Part shown: positions 21,600 to 32,115 of the stretch, piece by piece | How the letters are laid out: each line of letters opens with the position of its first letter | How positions within the stretch are numbered: the stretch's first letter is position 1 | Sequence record: DRR378314_880 | Strand: one strand, 5' to 3' | Length of the DNA: 64,000 nt | Notes under the pieces: generated by a model | The model's database searches: none | What the model was told of the DNA's origin: nothing | Seen by the model: only the letters and a program-made list of their open reading frames with translations | Program-made: the position numbers and the translations under genes

Positions 21600-21823
21600 G
21601 CCTCCTTAGTACTGGCGGGATCCCAATGTTTTTATTCACCCTGCTTTCCTTGCGGGTTTATTCATTATGAGCGCAACTTATAACAAGAAGGCCCCGTTTC
21701 GGCAACCTGAAACAGTATAGACCAGATCGATGGTGCTGCTTTGCAGCGGGCTGCCGGCACTTTCGGGATGTGCTAGCATCGCTGCCAATTGTACGTTACA
21801 TCCCATCCGGAGCGCGAAATCAG

Positions 21824-22246
21824 ATGAAAGCAACCATTGACTGGACCGGCAACGCCAGCTTCAGGGCAACCAGTGGCAGTGGCCACTCTGTTCAGATGGA
21901 CGGGCCGCCGGACCATGGCGGCAAGGATCTGGGGCCACGCCCCATGGAAATGATGCTGATGGGGCTGGGAGGCTGCTCCTCTTTTGACGTCATGAGCATC
22001 CTGCAGAAAAGCCGGCAGGACGTTACCGCCTGCCATGCCGAGCTTGAGGCAGAGCGCGCCGATGCCGTTCCGGCGGTGTTCACGCGCATTCATCTGCATT
22101 TCGTGGTCACTGGAAACAACCTCAAGGAAAATCTGGTGAAGCGCGCCGTCAGCCTGTCAGCTGAGAAGTACTGCTCCGCCTCCATCATGCTCGAAAAGGC
22201 CGGTGTTGAAATCACTCACAGCCATGAGATACGCGACACCGAGTAA
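21824..22246 (+). CDS. OsmC family protein (YhfA-like)
   Basis: PMEM.L.GLGGCS, LSAEKYCSAS; divergent from crp. Confidence 0.92.
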   Translation: MKATIDWTGNASFRATSGSGHSVQMDGPPDHGGKDLGPRPMEMMLMGLGGCSSFDVMSILQKSRQDVTACHAELEAERADAVPAVFTRIHLHFVVTGNNLKENLVKRAVSLSAEKYCSASIMLEKAGVEITHSHEIRDTE

Positions 22247-22501
22247 AACAGCACAAGCCAGACTCTCACCGCGTTGTCACAAGCGTCTGTTACCGTCCGG
22301 AAAACGGCGGGAATTACGGATGCTACAATGTTGCGGTGAACTCTACCCAAATTGAGGGTCGGTGTGCATAATACGCACCCTTCTCCGCCGGTCTGCGCAA
22401 AAGGTAAACAATCCGGTCAGTTATCGGTGGCGGCCTTGGTGGCATGCATCAGACAGACATGACCACTGACATTCATCTCCATACCATTGGGGGGGCTGAA
22501 C

Positions 22502-23293
22502 ATGGAAACCAAACTACAGTTGCATGGTTTCAATAACCTGACCAAGTCACTGAGCTTTAACATCTACGACATTTGCTATGCGCAGACGGAAGAGCAACGT
22601 GAAGCCTACATCGATTACATCGACGAGATGTACAACGCCGAGCGCCTGACCCAGATCCTTACCGACGTGGTCAAAATCATCGGCGCCAACGTACTCAATA
22701 TTGCACGCCAGGACTACGAGCCCCATGGCGCGTCCGTAACCATGCTGATTGCCGAGCACGAGCTCAGCAATGGCGAGCCGGACAACGAAGAGTCACCGGG
22801 CCCGCTGCCGGACGCCATCGTGGCGCATCTCGATAAAAGCCACGTGACGGTGCACACCTACCCCGAGAGCCATCCTTATGAAGGCATCAGCACCTTCCGG
22901 GCGGATATCGATGTGTCTACCTGCGGGCTGATCTCACCACTGAAGGTCCTGAACTACCTGATCCACAGTTTCGATTCCGACGTGGTCACGGTGGACTACC
23001 GAGTGCGGGGCTTCACCCGCGATGTGGACGGCACCAAACACTACATCGACCATGACATCAACTCGATCCAGAACTACCTGACCGAAGACACCCAGAACGC
23101 CTATCAGATGATTGACGTCAACGTGTATCAGGAGAATCTGTTCCACACCAAGATGATGCTCAAGAACTTCAATCTGGATAACTATGTGTTTGGGGTGAAT
23201 GCCAGCGACCTGGGCGCCGAGGAAGCACAATCCATCGAAGACCGCCTGAGACGGGAAATGCTGGAAATTTTCTACTCCCGCAACGTCGAGTAA
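22502..23293 (+). CDS. speD: S-adenosylmethionine decarboxylase proenzyme
   Basis: [35 protein letters not shown]. Confidence 0.97.
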   Translation: METKLQLHGFNNLTKSLSFNIYDICYAQTEEQREAYIDYIDEMYNAERLTQILTDVVKIIGANVLNIARQDYEPHGASVTMLIAEHELSNGEPDNEESPGPLPDAIVAHLDKSHVTVHTYPESHPYEGISTFRADIDVSTCGLISPLKVLNYLIHSFDSDVVTVDYRVRGFTRDVDGTKHYIDHDINSIQNYLTEDTQNAYQMIDVNVYQENLFHTKMMLKNFNLDNYVFGVNASDLGAEEAQSIEDRLRREMLEIFYSRNVE

Positions 23294-23300
23294 CGTCTCA

Positions 23301-23330
23301 CCCCGGGCGGCTCCCCCTCGCCGCCCGGGG
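23301..23330 (+). terminator. GC-rich hairpin after speD (no clear U-tract)
   Basis: CCCCGGGCGGC-N8-GCCGCCCGGGG. Confidence 0.55.
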
Positions 23331-23448
23331 CAGGCGCAATCTTCATCAATTTAACTGAACAATCTTTCCAAGATTATCCGATTTCATCTTTCCTGCACGA
23401 GCGGTTCAATAGCCTCATAGCATTTACTCCAACGATGAGGCACTGAAC

Positions 23449-24051
23449 ATGAAGAACATTCTCGTCATTACCGCAAGTATCTTTGGGCCGAACGGTCAAT
23501 CATCCAGACTGGTAAAGCAGACATTGGATCAGCTTCGGCAGAGCCATGGCGAGCTCCAGATCACCCAGCGCGATCTCTCCGCCGAACCAGTACCACATCT
23601 GGACGCCGAACGATTCAGCGCCTTCCTGAGCGGAGCGGACGACCGTGACGGTTTACAACAGCAAGTCGTGGATTATTCAGATTCGTTGATCCGCGAAATC
23701 GTTGATGCCGACATCATTATCATGGGTGTCCCCATGTACAACTTCGGCGTTCCATCCGTGTTGAAAGCCTATTTTGACCACATTGCACGCGCCGGCGTTA
23801 CCTTCCGGTATACGGCCAATGGCCCTGTTGGCCTTCTGGAGGACCGGCCGGTATATGTACTGGCAGCACGTGGCGGCCTCTATGCAGGCACCCCAAACGA
23901 CTCGCAGACACCGTTTATCCGCTCGTTCCTGGGCTTTATCGGCCTGAAGGATATCCATTTCGTCTATGCAGAAGGACTGAACATGGGGGATGATCGGAAA
24001 GAAAGCGCGTTGCAGGAAGCCAATCAGGCAATTGAAACCCTGACGGCCTGA
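23449..24051 (+). CDS. azoR: FMN-dependent NADH-azoreductase
   Basis: PMYNF.VPS.LKAYFDHIARAG.TFRYT..GPVGL, ARGG. Confidence 0.92.
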   Translation: MKNILVITASIFGPNGQSSRLVKQTLDQLRQSHGELQITQRDLSAEPVPHLDAERFSAFLSGADDRDGLQQQVVDYSDSLIREIVDADIIIMGVPMYNFGVPSVLKAYFDHIARAGVTFRYTANGPVGLLEDRPVYVLAARGGLYAGTPNDSQTPFIRSFLGFIGLKDIHFVYAEGLNMGDDRKESALQEANQAIETLTA

Positions 24052-24109
24052 GTGCGGCGATGATAGGCGTGCTTTTGTTCCCTTTTGCTTCCTTCGAAGG
24101 AGGTCAGTG

Positions 24110-24955
24110 ATGACAGAACGAACCGTTAAACAGATAATCCCGGGCGCCGAGACCTCCGATGGCGCGGGCGTGCGCATCCGTCGTTCCCTGGGGCAAACCC
24201 CCGCTGTTCGTCTCGACCCGTTCCTGATGCTGGATGAATTCGGTTCCGCCGAGGCGGCGGACTACATCGCCGGCTTCCCATCGCATCCGCACCGCGGCTT
24301 TGAAACGGTGACCTACATGATTGAAGGGCACATGCTTCACGAGGATCACCTGGGTAACCGGGGCGACCTGCGCAGCGGTGGAGTGCAGTGGATGACCGCC
24401 GGGCGCGGGATTATACATTCGGAGATGCCGCAGCAGGAGGAAGGGGTGATGCGTGGCTTTCAGTTGTGGCTGAACCTTCCCGCGGCAGAAAAGATGACCG
24501 AGGCCGGCTATCGCGATCTCCAGCCGGAGGACATCCCGGTGATCGACGTCAACGGAGGCCACATCAAGCTGATCGCTGGAACCCTGACGATTGACGGCAC
24601 AGTCCACCAGGGGGCGATTACCGCCCGCAGCACGGAGCCGGTCTACGCCGACATTCAGTTGGCTCCACATGGCCAGGCCTCCCTGCCGGTTCCCGATGGC
24701 CACAGCGCTTTGCTGTATCTGTACGATGGCGATGCAAGCCTGGGTGACACCGTACTGGAACGGGGTGCCGCCAGCGTTCTTGGCGACGGCGACTGTGTGA
24801 CGGTCTCCGCCGGTGCCGTCAGTGCAAGATTGCTACTGGTTGCGGGCAAACCCATTGGTGAGCCCATCGTCCAGTACGGCCCTTTCGTGATGAACAGCCG
24901 TGAGGAAATCGAACAGACCCTGCAGGATTACCGCGACGGTCGCCTGACGGCGTGA
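24110..24955 (+). CDS. Pirin family protein
   Basis: HPHRGFETVTY, WMTAGRGIIHSE, QLWLNL, YGPFVMN. Confidence 0.95.
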   Translation: MTERTVKQIIPGAETSDGAGVRIRRSLGQTPAVRLDPFLMLDEFGSAEAADYIAGFPSHPHRGFETVTYMIEGHMLHEDHLGNRGDLRSGGVQWMTAGRGIIHSEMPQQEEGVMRGFQLWLNLPAAEKMTEAGYRDLQPEDIPVIDVNGGHIKLIAGTLTIDGTVHQGAITARSTEPVYADIQLAPHGQASLPVPDGHSALLYLYDGDASLGDTVLERGAASVLGDGDCVTVSAGAVSARLLLVAGKPIGEPIVQYGPFVMNSREEIEQTLQDYRDGRLTA

Positions 24956-24962
24956 CCCGCTT

Positions 24963-25829
24963 TCAGGCAAAAGGCTTGTGGGCGATCAGTTCCTGCACCA
25001 ACGGGCGCATGATCAGGTCCATGGCCAGCGACAGCTTGGTTCCCGGGATAACCAAAGTGTCGTACCGGGACAGGCTGCTGCCGCCAATCATCTGTAGCAG
25101 GTAGGGAAAGTCGACTTCCGACGGATCACGAAACCGAATCACAATCAGGCTCTCGTCTTCCGTTGGTACATCGCGGACCACAAAAGGATTGGAGGTATCC
25201 ACCAGCGGAATGCGCTGGAAGTTAACATGGGTATGGGCGAACTGCGGGACAATGTCGTGCACGTAGTCGTCCATACGGTTAACGATGGTCTGCACCACCG
25301 CGTCCTGAGAATAGCCCCGCTTGTTGGTGTCGCGATGAATTTTCTGGATCCACTCCAGATTGACGATCGGCACCACGCCCACCAGCAAATCCACATACTG
25401 GGCGATGTTGTAGGCATCGCTGACCACCCCACCGTGAAGCCCCTCGTAGAACAACAGGTCCGTGTCCGCTGCCAACGGCCCCCAGGGGGTGAACGTACCC
25501 GGCTTGTGGCCGGCCTCGATCATCCGCCGGTCCTCATCGTGAACATACTGCCTGAACTGGCCGTTGCCGGTGTGCCCGTAGTCGTAAAACAACGCTTCCA
25601 GCTTGTCGATATGGTTGGCCGCCAGGGCAAAGTGGTTGCGTTCACCAAACTGCCCCTTGGCCGCAAGTCGGGCCATCTGTTCACGGTTATAACGATGAAA
25701 ACTGTCGCCACTGACCATGGCGGCCCGAAGCCCTTCGCTGGCAAACAGGCGGCTGAATATTTCACCCGTGGTAGTGGTACCCGCCCCGGACGAACCGGTA
25801 ACCGCAATGATCGGATGGCGCTTTGACAT
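24963..25829 (-). CDS. prkB: Phosphoribulokinase-family protein (PrkB-like)
   Basis: HPIIAVTGSSGAGTT, GDSFHRY, YEGLHG, NLEWIQKIHRD, DTSNPF. Confidence 0.88.
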   Translation of the reverse strand: MSKRHPIIAVTGSSGAGTTTTGEIFSRLFASEGLRAAMVSGDSFHRYNREQMARLAAKGQFGERNHFALAANHIDKLEALFYDYGHTGNGQFRQYVHDEDRRMIEAGHKPGTFTPWGPLAADTDLLFYEGLHGGVVSDAYNIAQYVDLLVGVVPIVNLEWIQKIHRDTNKRGYSQDAVVQTIVNRMDDYVHDIVPQFAHTHVNFQRIPLVDTSNPFVVRDVPTEDESLIVIRFRDPSEVDFPYLLQMIGGSSLSRYDTLVIPGTKLSLAMDLIMRPLVQELIAHKPFA

Positions 25830-25845
25830 AAGGAGGTCCGGAAGG

Positions 25846-28800
25846 TCAGTCCAGGCTGGTCAGCAGCCGCGGTTTTTCGATGATAAAACCCTGAGCATAA
25901 TCCACACCCAGACTGGTCAGCATATCGAGAACCGCGCGGGTTTCAACCCGTGAAGCAATCACTTCCCGTTTCATGTAGTGAGCCATGTCCACCATCGACT
26001 TCACCATGGCCTGATCGGTTTCGCTGCCATCCAGCTGGCTGGTGAAGGCACTGTCGAGCTTGATCAGGTCCACCGGCAGGCTACGCATGAACTGGAATGA
26101 GGTCGGCCCACTGCCGAAATCCCCCAGACAGAACCGGCACCCGAGCTCTTTCATTTCCTCAATGAATTCGGAGATGCCCTGAATGTCATTGATCGCGGAG
26201 GCTTCCGTTATTTCAAACCACAACCGTTCGATGGGGGCGTCTTTCTGGCTCAGCTTGTCGTAGATAAACTCCATCAGTTGCTGATCGTTCAGCGAGTGTC
26301 CCGAAAGGTTGATACAGATACCGCCCATATGCTCCGGGTCCGGTGCGTGGTCTCGCAGCCAATCCAGCATATGACCCACCACCCAGCGGTCAACGGCCTG
26401 CATGCGGTCATAGCGTTCCGCCATGCGCACAAAATCCTTGCCGGTAATGAGGTTGCCGTCATCGTCATACATGCTGATCAGCACCTCGTACTGCGGCGCC
26501 ATGGACGTGTGAGCGTGCAGCGGGATGATCTTCTGGCAACGCAGCAGCATTCGCTCCTCGTTGAGATCACCAAGGCTGGCCACCTTGGCCGCGATCTGTT
26601 CCTGGCGGGCATGATCGTGGGCGTCCAGCGAGTATTCAATCACCTTGCCGTGGCCCCGTTTCTTGGCCGCTTTCATGGCTTCCTCGGCCGCCTTCAGCCA
26701 ACGCTCGGCGTTCGCCAGCGCCGGCAGCTCCGGTGCAAGACCAACGCTGGCCGAGAGATGGTAACTGCCACTGTCAAACACAAACTCCATGGCTTCTATG
26801 GCCGAGACGATGCCACGCGAAGCGTCCAAGGCGTTTTCCGCCGGCAGCATCAGGGCAAATTCATTGCCCGAAAAGCGGGCCAGGGGCATACCATCGCCAA
26901 CATGGCTACGGAGTACGTCGGCCACCCGGCGCAGGGACTCATCGCCGGCCTGGTAGCCGGCGGTGTCATTCAGCAGACGGAACTGGCGAAGGTCCAGCAG
27001 TACCAGGGCCCGCTCGTCTTCTCGCCGGGCCAGTTGCTGATCCAGCATACGTTCAAACTCGCGACGCCCCAGCAGCCCCGTCAGCTCATCGTGGGTGGAG
27101 GCCCAGGACAACTGGTCATAAACCTTACGCACCATCCGGTCGATGCTCTCATCCACCAGCGGCCGTTCGTACTGATTATCCGGTACGATAATCCCCTTGC
27201 GCATCTGTTGGGCCAGGGCTTCCAGTTCCAACTCGACGACCCGCATACCCTGGTGATTGACGAACACGAACCGGCTGAAACCTCGGGCTACCCACACCAA
27301 GCGAATGTATTGGGGTTCGTCCGGTTTTTCCTGATCGCGCAGCCAGTCACCGGTGCGCAACTGCTGGGCCCGGTTGATCCACCGCTGCAGGCTGCGCTGA
27401 TCCCGTTCAGACAACGCCTGTCGCTTGTCGTCCTCACTTTTCGAGGGGGGAATCTCCACCATATCGGGCGGGCTGTCCGGGCTGCGCACCAGAAACTGTT
27501 TGAGTTCATCCCGTATCTGGGAGGAGGGCATATGGTTGCTGGAGATTGATGCCAATCCGTCCTGGATCACCCGCAACAATTCCGGCAGGTTGATGTCGCT
27601 CTGCCGGTCTTCGGCAAACGTCATCAGCGAGTCGATCACCGACAGGTAGTCCTGCCACAACGGGCTGTCCTCACCCTGGCGAATCCAGGTCAACGACAAC
27701 AGGTCTCGCCAGCCGCCGTCCAGCAAACTGACCACGGCTTTCGGCACTTTTTTCCCAGCCAGTTTACGGTCGAGTACCCGGGCAACGGCTTTCTTGGATT
27801 CGGAGACCTTCTGGGCACCCTCCGCAGCAGCGGTTACCCGCTCGACGTTACGGCGGTATACCAGGTTCTGACGATCAATCAGCGAGTCCAGCTCCTTCAC
27901 CGCGTTTTCGAACACGCCGGTATCCTGTTCGAAATCCGTGGCAATACGCTGGATCAACTCGTCAACACGCCGCTGCACCACCGGGTTGATCCGGCCGCCT
28001 TTCACGCCCAGCTGGGCCAGACGGTTCATCACACCACGCACCGGGCTTTCCTGGTCGTCGAAAAATTCCGGATCTCGCATGACCACTTTCAGCACCGGCA
28101 CTTCCAGTTGGCGCATCCGCGACTGGGCATAGTCACTGAGTTTAGGGCTCTCCACCACGCTGTTAAAGAAGCGGTCCACCACATCCAGCGTGCCCTGCTG
28201 CTCTTCGCCCAGGGCATGGTCACCGCTTTCCTTCACCCTTTCCACGACCCGATCACGCAGGGACGGCTGGCCCGGTGTATCCGTCGCGGCCTGGACCTGG
28301 AGCTCCTGTAATTGCTTCTGCAGCTCGCCAACGGAGAGCTCCCTCGCACCGGGGGCAAACTCAACCGGTGCCACGTCGCCCCGTGCCAGGCGGCTGGCGG
28401 ACAGGGTGCCAAGGAGATTTTTGACGGTGGCAAAAGCGGTCTGGGCAGCGCTGGCATAACCCCGGAATTCAGCCGACGACTTGCGTGATGATGTCCGGTT
28501 GATCTTTTGTTCGGGAATCTGCTTAACGGTGGCTCCCGAGTCGTCCGGTTGCCGGGGTTCGGGCGCCTGCGGCGGCTTTTCCGGCTGCGGTTCGGATGGC
28601 TTGGGCGCCTGTTCACTGAGGTACTTACTGAGATCCAGGTCCGGCAGCACCCCATGACGGATAAGAATGCTGTTCAGTTCCCGGTAGAGTGGCCCCAGGT
28701 GCATCAACACGGACTTTTCAAACACGCGCAGGCAGACTTTCTCGACCTCGCGGTCGGCCTTGAGCTGGCTCAGGCCAACGTGAAAGGACTCACAGATCAG

Positions 28801-29595
28801 CGACGGCCCCAATGGATTATGGTGTCCGGTGGAGTTGGCAACGCCCAGTTTATCCAGCCTCAATTTCAACTGCAGTAACTCACCCCGGTACTGGGTATCC
28901 GCTTTGGTAACCATCACCCTGATGGTCAACCAGTCTTCGAACTCACCCTTGTCGACCACCGACAGTTCCGACCCTGGAAACCCCTTCGGAGCGGGCTTGA
29001 GCGGTGACTCCAGGCTACGCGACATCTGGTGCCAGACAACCCGTTGGCGGGCCTGGAGCTGGCCGGAAGCGTCCATGAACTCATTGGCCTGCTGGTCATT
29101 TCCGGCTTTCTGGGCGGACTCCCGCAAGGCGGTGATCATCTGCACAAGGCAAGCATCCATCAGCGGCTCTATGTACTGGATGACCGCCTTCGCGGATTGA
29201 TGAAGGACAAACTGGACCTTATCGCTGGGCGCCCGTAACGAGGCTCGATCCTGGTTGCGGTTGGCACCGCACTGCTCCAGCATGGCGCTGACGGCTTCCG
29301 GATTGGAACGGGTAAAGCTCACCCCCATGGCACCTTCAATCCGGCGCCGGATATTCACGTAGAGTTCATGGCGCTTACGTCCGTCGGGGCTGCGGAAACG
29401 GACCACCAGCTCCTCGGTCCCCCGTGAGAGCACCTGATCCAGCTTCCTGGAGGTTTCCCCGGAATAACGCACGAACAGGCCTTCCGGGCAAAAATCGGCG
29501 ATCTGACATGGCAGATTGTCACCACTGCCGACATCCAGCTGAGCAGCAAGTTTGATCGGTTGGCGGGGGCTCGAACGACGTTCTTTCGGATCCAT
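25846..29595 (-). CDS. Large PilZ / DUF1631-like / degenerate GGDEF / degenerate EAL protein
   Basis: N-terminal ERRSSPR...DFCPEG; DELTGL...SGNEF; EVL, FEITE, GDFGSG, IKLD, QGF. Confidence 0.82.
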   Translation of the reverse strand: MDPKERRSSPRQPIKLAAQLDVGSGDNLPCQIADFCPEGLFVRYSGETSRKLDQVLSRGTEELVVRFRSPDGRKRHELYVNIRRRIEGAMGVSFTRSNPEAVSAMLEQCGANRNQDRASLRAPSDKVQFVLHQSAKAVIQYIEPLMDACLVQMITALRESAQKAGNDQQANEFMDASGQLQARQRVVWHQMSRSLESPLKPAPKGFPGSELSVVDKGEFEDWLTIRVMVTKADTQYRGELLQLKLRLDKLGVANSTGHHNPLGPSLICESFHVGLSQLKADREVEKVCLRVFEKSVLMHLGPLYRELNSILIRHGVLPDLDLSKYLSEQAPKPSEPQPEKPPQAPEPRQPDDSGATVKQIPEQKINRTSSRKSSAEFRGYASAAQTAFATVKNLLGTLSASRLARGDVAPVEFAPGARELSVGELQKQLQELQVQAATDTPGQPSLRDRVVERVKESGDHALGEEQQGTLDVVDRFFNSVVESPKLSDYAQSRMRQLEVPVLKVVMRDPEFFDDQESPVRGVMNRLAQLGVKGGRINPVVQRRVDELIQRIATDFEQDTGVFENAVKELDSLIDRQNLVYRRNVERVTAAAEGAQKVSESKKAVARVLDRKLAGKKVPKAVVSLLDGGWRDLLSLTWIRQGEDSPLWQDYLSVIDSLMTFAEDRQSDINLPELLRVIQDGLASISSNHMPSSQIRDELKQFLVRSPDSPPDMVEIPPSKSEDDKRQALSERDQRSLQRWINRAQQLRTGDWLRDQEKPDEPQYIRLVWVARGFSRFVFVNHQGMRVVELELEALAQQMRKGIIVPDNQYERPLVDESIDRMVRKVYDQLSWASTHDELTGLLGRREFERMLDQQLARREDERALVLLDLRQFRLLNDTAGYQAGDESLRRVADVLRSHVGDGMPLARFSGNEFALMLPAENALDASRGIVSAIEAMEFVFDSGSYHLSASVGLAPELPALANAERWLKAAEEAMKAAKKRGHGKVIEYSLDAHDHARQEQIAAKVASLGDLNEERMLLRCQKIIPLHAHTSMAPQYEVLISMYDDDGNLITGKDFVRMAERYDRMQAVDRWVVGHMLDWLRDHAPDPEHMGGICINLSGHSLNDQQLMEFIYDKLSQKDAPIERLWFEITEASAINDIQGISEFIEEMKELGCRFCLGDFGSGPTSFQFMRSLPVDLIKLDSAFTSQLDGSETDQAMVKSMVDMAHYMKREVIASRVETRAVLDMLTSLGVDYAQGFIIEKPRLLTSLD

Positions 29596-29763
29596 GAACT
29601 ACCTGATATCTGGCAAAGCCGGGTGACGCGATAGGGTAAACTGTTCCTGTCACCGGCCGGTATCCCTGAAAGGCAGCGGCAGCTGCCTGCTACTTGGGGG
29701 AACATAGCTGTAATATAACGCCTGACTGCTCCGTCAGCCAGCCAGAAAATAACAACCTGAACC

Positions 29764-30834
29764 ATGAAACAGCTTAGTCAGATCTATCTCGTTATGCTAC
29801 TGATAACGACACTTTCAGGGTGTACGACTTTAGGTTATTACAGTCAGGCGGTCAGTGGCCACCTGTCACTGATGATGTCCACACAATCCGTCGCTGGACT
29901 GATCGACGCACCGTCGACACCGCCCGCGTTGAAGCAAAAACTCCTGACAGCGAACGAAGCCCGCCAGTTTGCCGCCGATCGTCTGGCACTGCCTGTTGGA
30001 GATGCCTTCGCGGAATACGCCGAGCTCGGGCGGCCCTGGGTGGTCGTCAACCTGGTCGCTGTTCCGGAGTTTTCCCTGCAGGCCCATCGGTGGTGCTACC
30101 CGGTGGTCGGCTGCCAAGCCTATCGGGGCTACTACGAACTGGAAAAGGCCCAGGATGAACAGCAATCGTTCATGGACGACGGCTACGATACGTTCATTGG
30201 CGGTGTCACCGCCTATTCAACCCTGGGCTGGTTCGACGATCCGCTTCATACCGGTTTCACATCGCTCTCCGACAGCCGCATGGTGGCGCTTATGTTCCAT
30301 GAACTGGCACATCGTGTGGTCTACATTAGCGACGATACGGCCTTTAACGAGAGCTTCGCAACCGCCGTGGAACTGGAGGGACTCAGGCTATGGCTGGAGA
30401 CAAAGGGGGACGAATCCGGGTTCCGGAGGGCTCTGGACCGGCTACGCCACCGCAACCAGACCCTCGCGCTGGTCGAAGACACATCCAGGCAGCTTGAGGC
30501 TCTCTACAAGCAACAGCACAGGCTGCCCAAGCCCGAGCTCCGTCAGCAGAAGGCGATGCTGTTCCAGACCCTACAGGCCAAGTATCAGGCTCTCTCGGCA
30601 AACTGGGAACAGCCTGGCCCTTTTGGAGACAACCCGACTGCACTGAATAACGCCAACCTCGCCCTGTTCAGTCAGTACAACCAGCATGTGCCAGCCTTCC
30701 GGCAACTACTGCGGGAAGCCTCTGGCGACTTCAACGCTTTCTACAGCGCCGTGAAGACCATGGCCGGGCAATCGCAGGATGTCCGCCAGCGCAGGCTTTT
30801 CCAGCTAGGCCAACGTTTTCACAAAGACCTTTGA
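29764..30834 (+). CDS. Putative zinc aminopeptidase lipoprotein
   Basis: LSGC lipobox; AYSTLGWFDDP, HELAH (HExxH), FNESFA. Confidence 0.85.
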   Translation: MKQLSQIYLVMLLITTLSGCTTLGYYSQAVSGHLSLMMSTQSVAGLIDAPSTPPALKQKLLTANEARQFAADRLALPVGDAFAEYAELGRPWVVVNLVAVPEFSLQAHRWCYPVVGCQAYRGYYELEKAQDEQQSFMDDGYDTFIGGVTAYSTLGWFDDPLHTGFTSLSDSRMVALMFHELAHRVVYISDDTAFNESFATAVELEGLRLWLETKGDESGFRRALDRLRHRNQTLALVEDTSRQLEALYKQQHRLPKPELRQQKAMLFQTLQAKYQALSANWEQPGPFGDNPTALNNANLALFSQYNQHVPAFRQLLREASGDFNAFYSAVKTMAGQSQDVRQRRLFQLGQRFHKDL

Positions 30835-32115
30835 GTTGCGCTCAGTATTATAGGATGCCAACTTTGGCCCCGGCAGTTCGCGCACCGTAGACGGTTGAAA
30901 CCCGCGTTCACGGAACCAGTGTTCGGTCTGGGTAGTCAGTACAAACAGCCGCTGAATGCCCTGCCCCCGAGCCAACTTCTCAACCATCGCCAGGATGTCG
31001 TCGCCGCGACCCGATCGGCGATAGGCCTGGTCAACAGCGAAACACGAGAGCTCACCGGCACCCTCATCGGGGTAATGGTAGAGCGCAGCGCATCCGACAA
31101 TCGTGCCGTCACGTTCAGCCACCACAAACCGACTGATTTCGGTTTCCAGCATTTCCCGGGAGCGCCGTACGAGTATACCCTGCTCCTCCAGGGGCTGGAT
31201 CAATCCGAGGATACCCCCGATGTCTTCCACCCGCGCCTGGCGAATCTGCTCGTAGTTATCACCGCTGACCAGCGTGCCGGAGCCATCACGTGTGAACAGT
31301 TCCTCAAGCAGAGCGCCATCGTCGGAGTAACTGATGATATGGGCGCGGCGAACGCCCTTCACACAGGCGTCACAGGCCGCCCGAAGAAGGTCGCCATCGT
31401 GGCCCTGAACCATATCCGCCGCCAGCCGGTCCGAAGCTTGCCGCGCCGACAGCTCCCGAATTAACTCTCCATTTTCATCCAGCAGGCCCTGGTTCTCGGT
31501 AAACATGATCAGCTTTTCAGCCTGCAACGCGGCAGCAACCTGACTGCCCACATCCTCGTACGACAGGTTAAAGGCGTCACCGGTGGGCGAATACCCAAGC
31601 GGCGGCAAAAGCACTATGTGCCCCAACTCCAACAGCTTCTCGATACCTGCTACATCCACCCGGCGCACCCGGCCGGTGTACCCAAAATCGATGCCGTCCA
31701 GCACGCCCACCGGCCGCGCAGTAACAAAGTTGCCACTGCTCACCCTGATTCGGGCATTGTGCATGGGCGAGTTAACCAACCCCATGGACAGCTGGCTTTC
31801 CAGAAACGCCCGCAGCCCACCGATAGCCTCCAGCACCGGCGTCAACTGTCGCTCAGGCGTTACCCGCAGGCCTCGATGGAGCGAGGATTCTTCACCGGCC
31901 GCGTCCAGACGCGACTGAATCTGCGGCCTGGCACCAAACGCCACCACAAGACGTATCCCGAGACTGCTTAACAACGCAATGTCGTGAATAATGTTGATCA
32001 GGTTGCCATTGGCAATCGCATCGCCTCCTATCGTCAACACCACGGTACGACCCCGGTGGGCATTGATATAAGGCGATGAGTGGCGGAATCCATGCAGCCA
32101 TTCGTTCGATTTCAA
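30805..32115 (-). CDS. argA: Amino-acid N-acetyltransferase (N-acetylglutamate synthase)
   Basis: FRHSSPYINAHRG, AAK domain plus GNAT domain, LTTQTEHWF.ERGF, RNSKV; TTG start with RBS. Confidence 0.96.
   Translation of the reverse strand: MKSNEWLHGFRHSSPYINAHRGRTVVLTIGGDAIANGNLINIIHDIALLSSLGIRLVVAFGARPQIQSRLDAAGEESSLHRGLRVTPERQLTPVLEAIGGLRAFLESQLSMGLVNSPMHNARIRVSSGNFVTARPVGVLDGIDFGYTGRVRRVDVAGIEKLLELGHIVLLPPLGYSPTGDAFNLSYEDVGSQVAAALQAEKLIMFTENQGLLDENGELIRELSARQASDRLAADMVQGHDGDLLRAACDACVKGVRRAHIISYSDDGALLEELFTRDGSGTLVSGDNYEQIRQARVEDIGGILGLIQPLEEQGILVRRSREMLETEISRFVVAERDGTIVGCAALYHYPDEGAGELSCFAVDQAYRRSGRGDDILAMVEKLARGQGIQRLFVLTTQTEHWFRERGFQPSTVRELPGPKLASYNTERNSKVFVKTLA

Noticed and set aside
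22203-22222. Possible CRP site near the osmC-like 3' end
   Set aside because: Only one good half-site (TCACA), within coding sequence
22390-22420. GGTAAAC motif suggesting a c-di-GMP-I riboswitch before speD
   Set aside because: No GNRA-capped P2 or downstream GCAAA/receptor elements
26278-27549. Long antisense or alternate-frame ORFs (this 423-aa one; also 56742-58184, 62147-63454, 19798-21126, 50674-51780)
   Set aside because: They shadow well-supported genes, lack motifs, and are expected in GC-rich coding DNA
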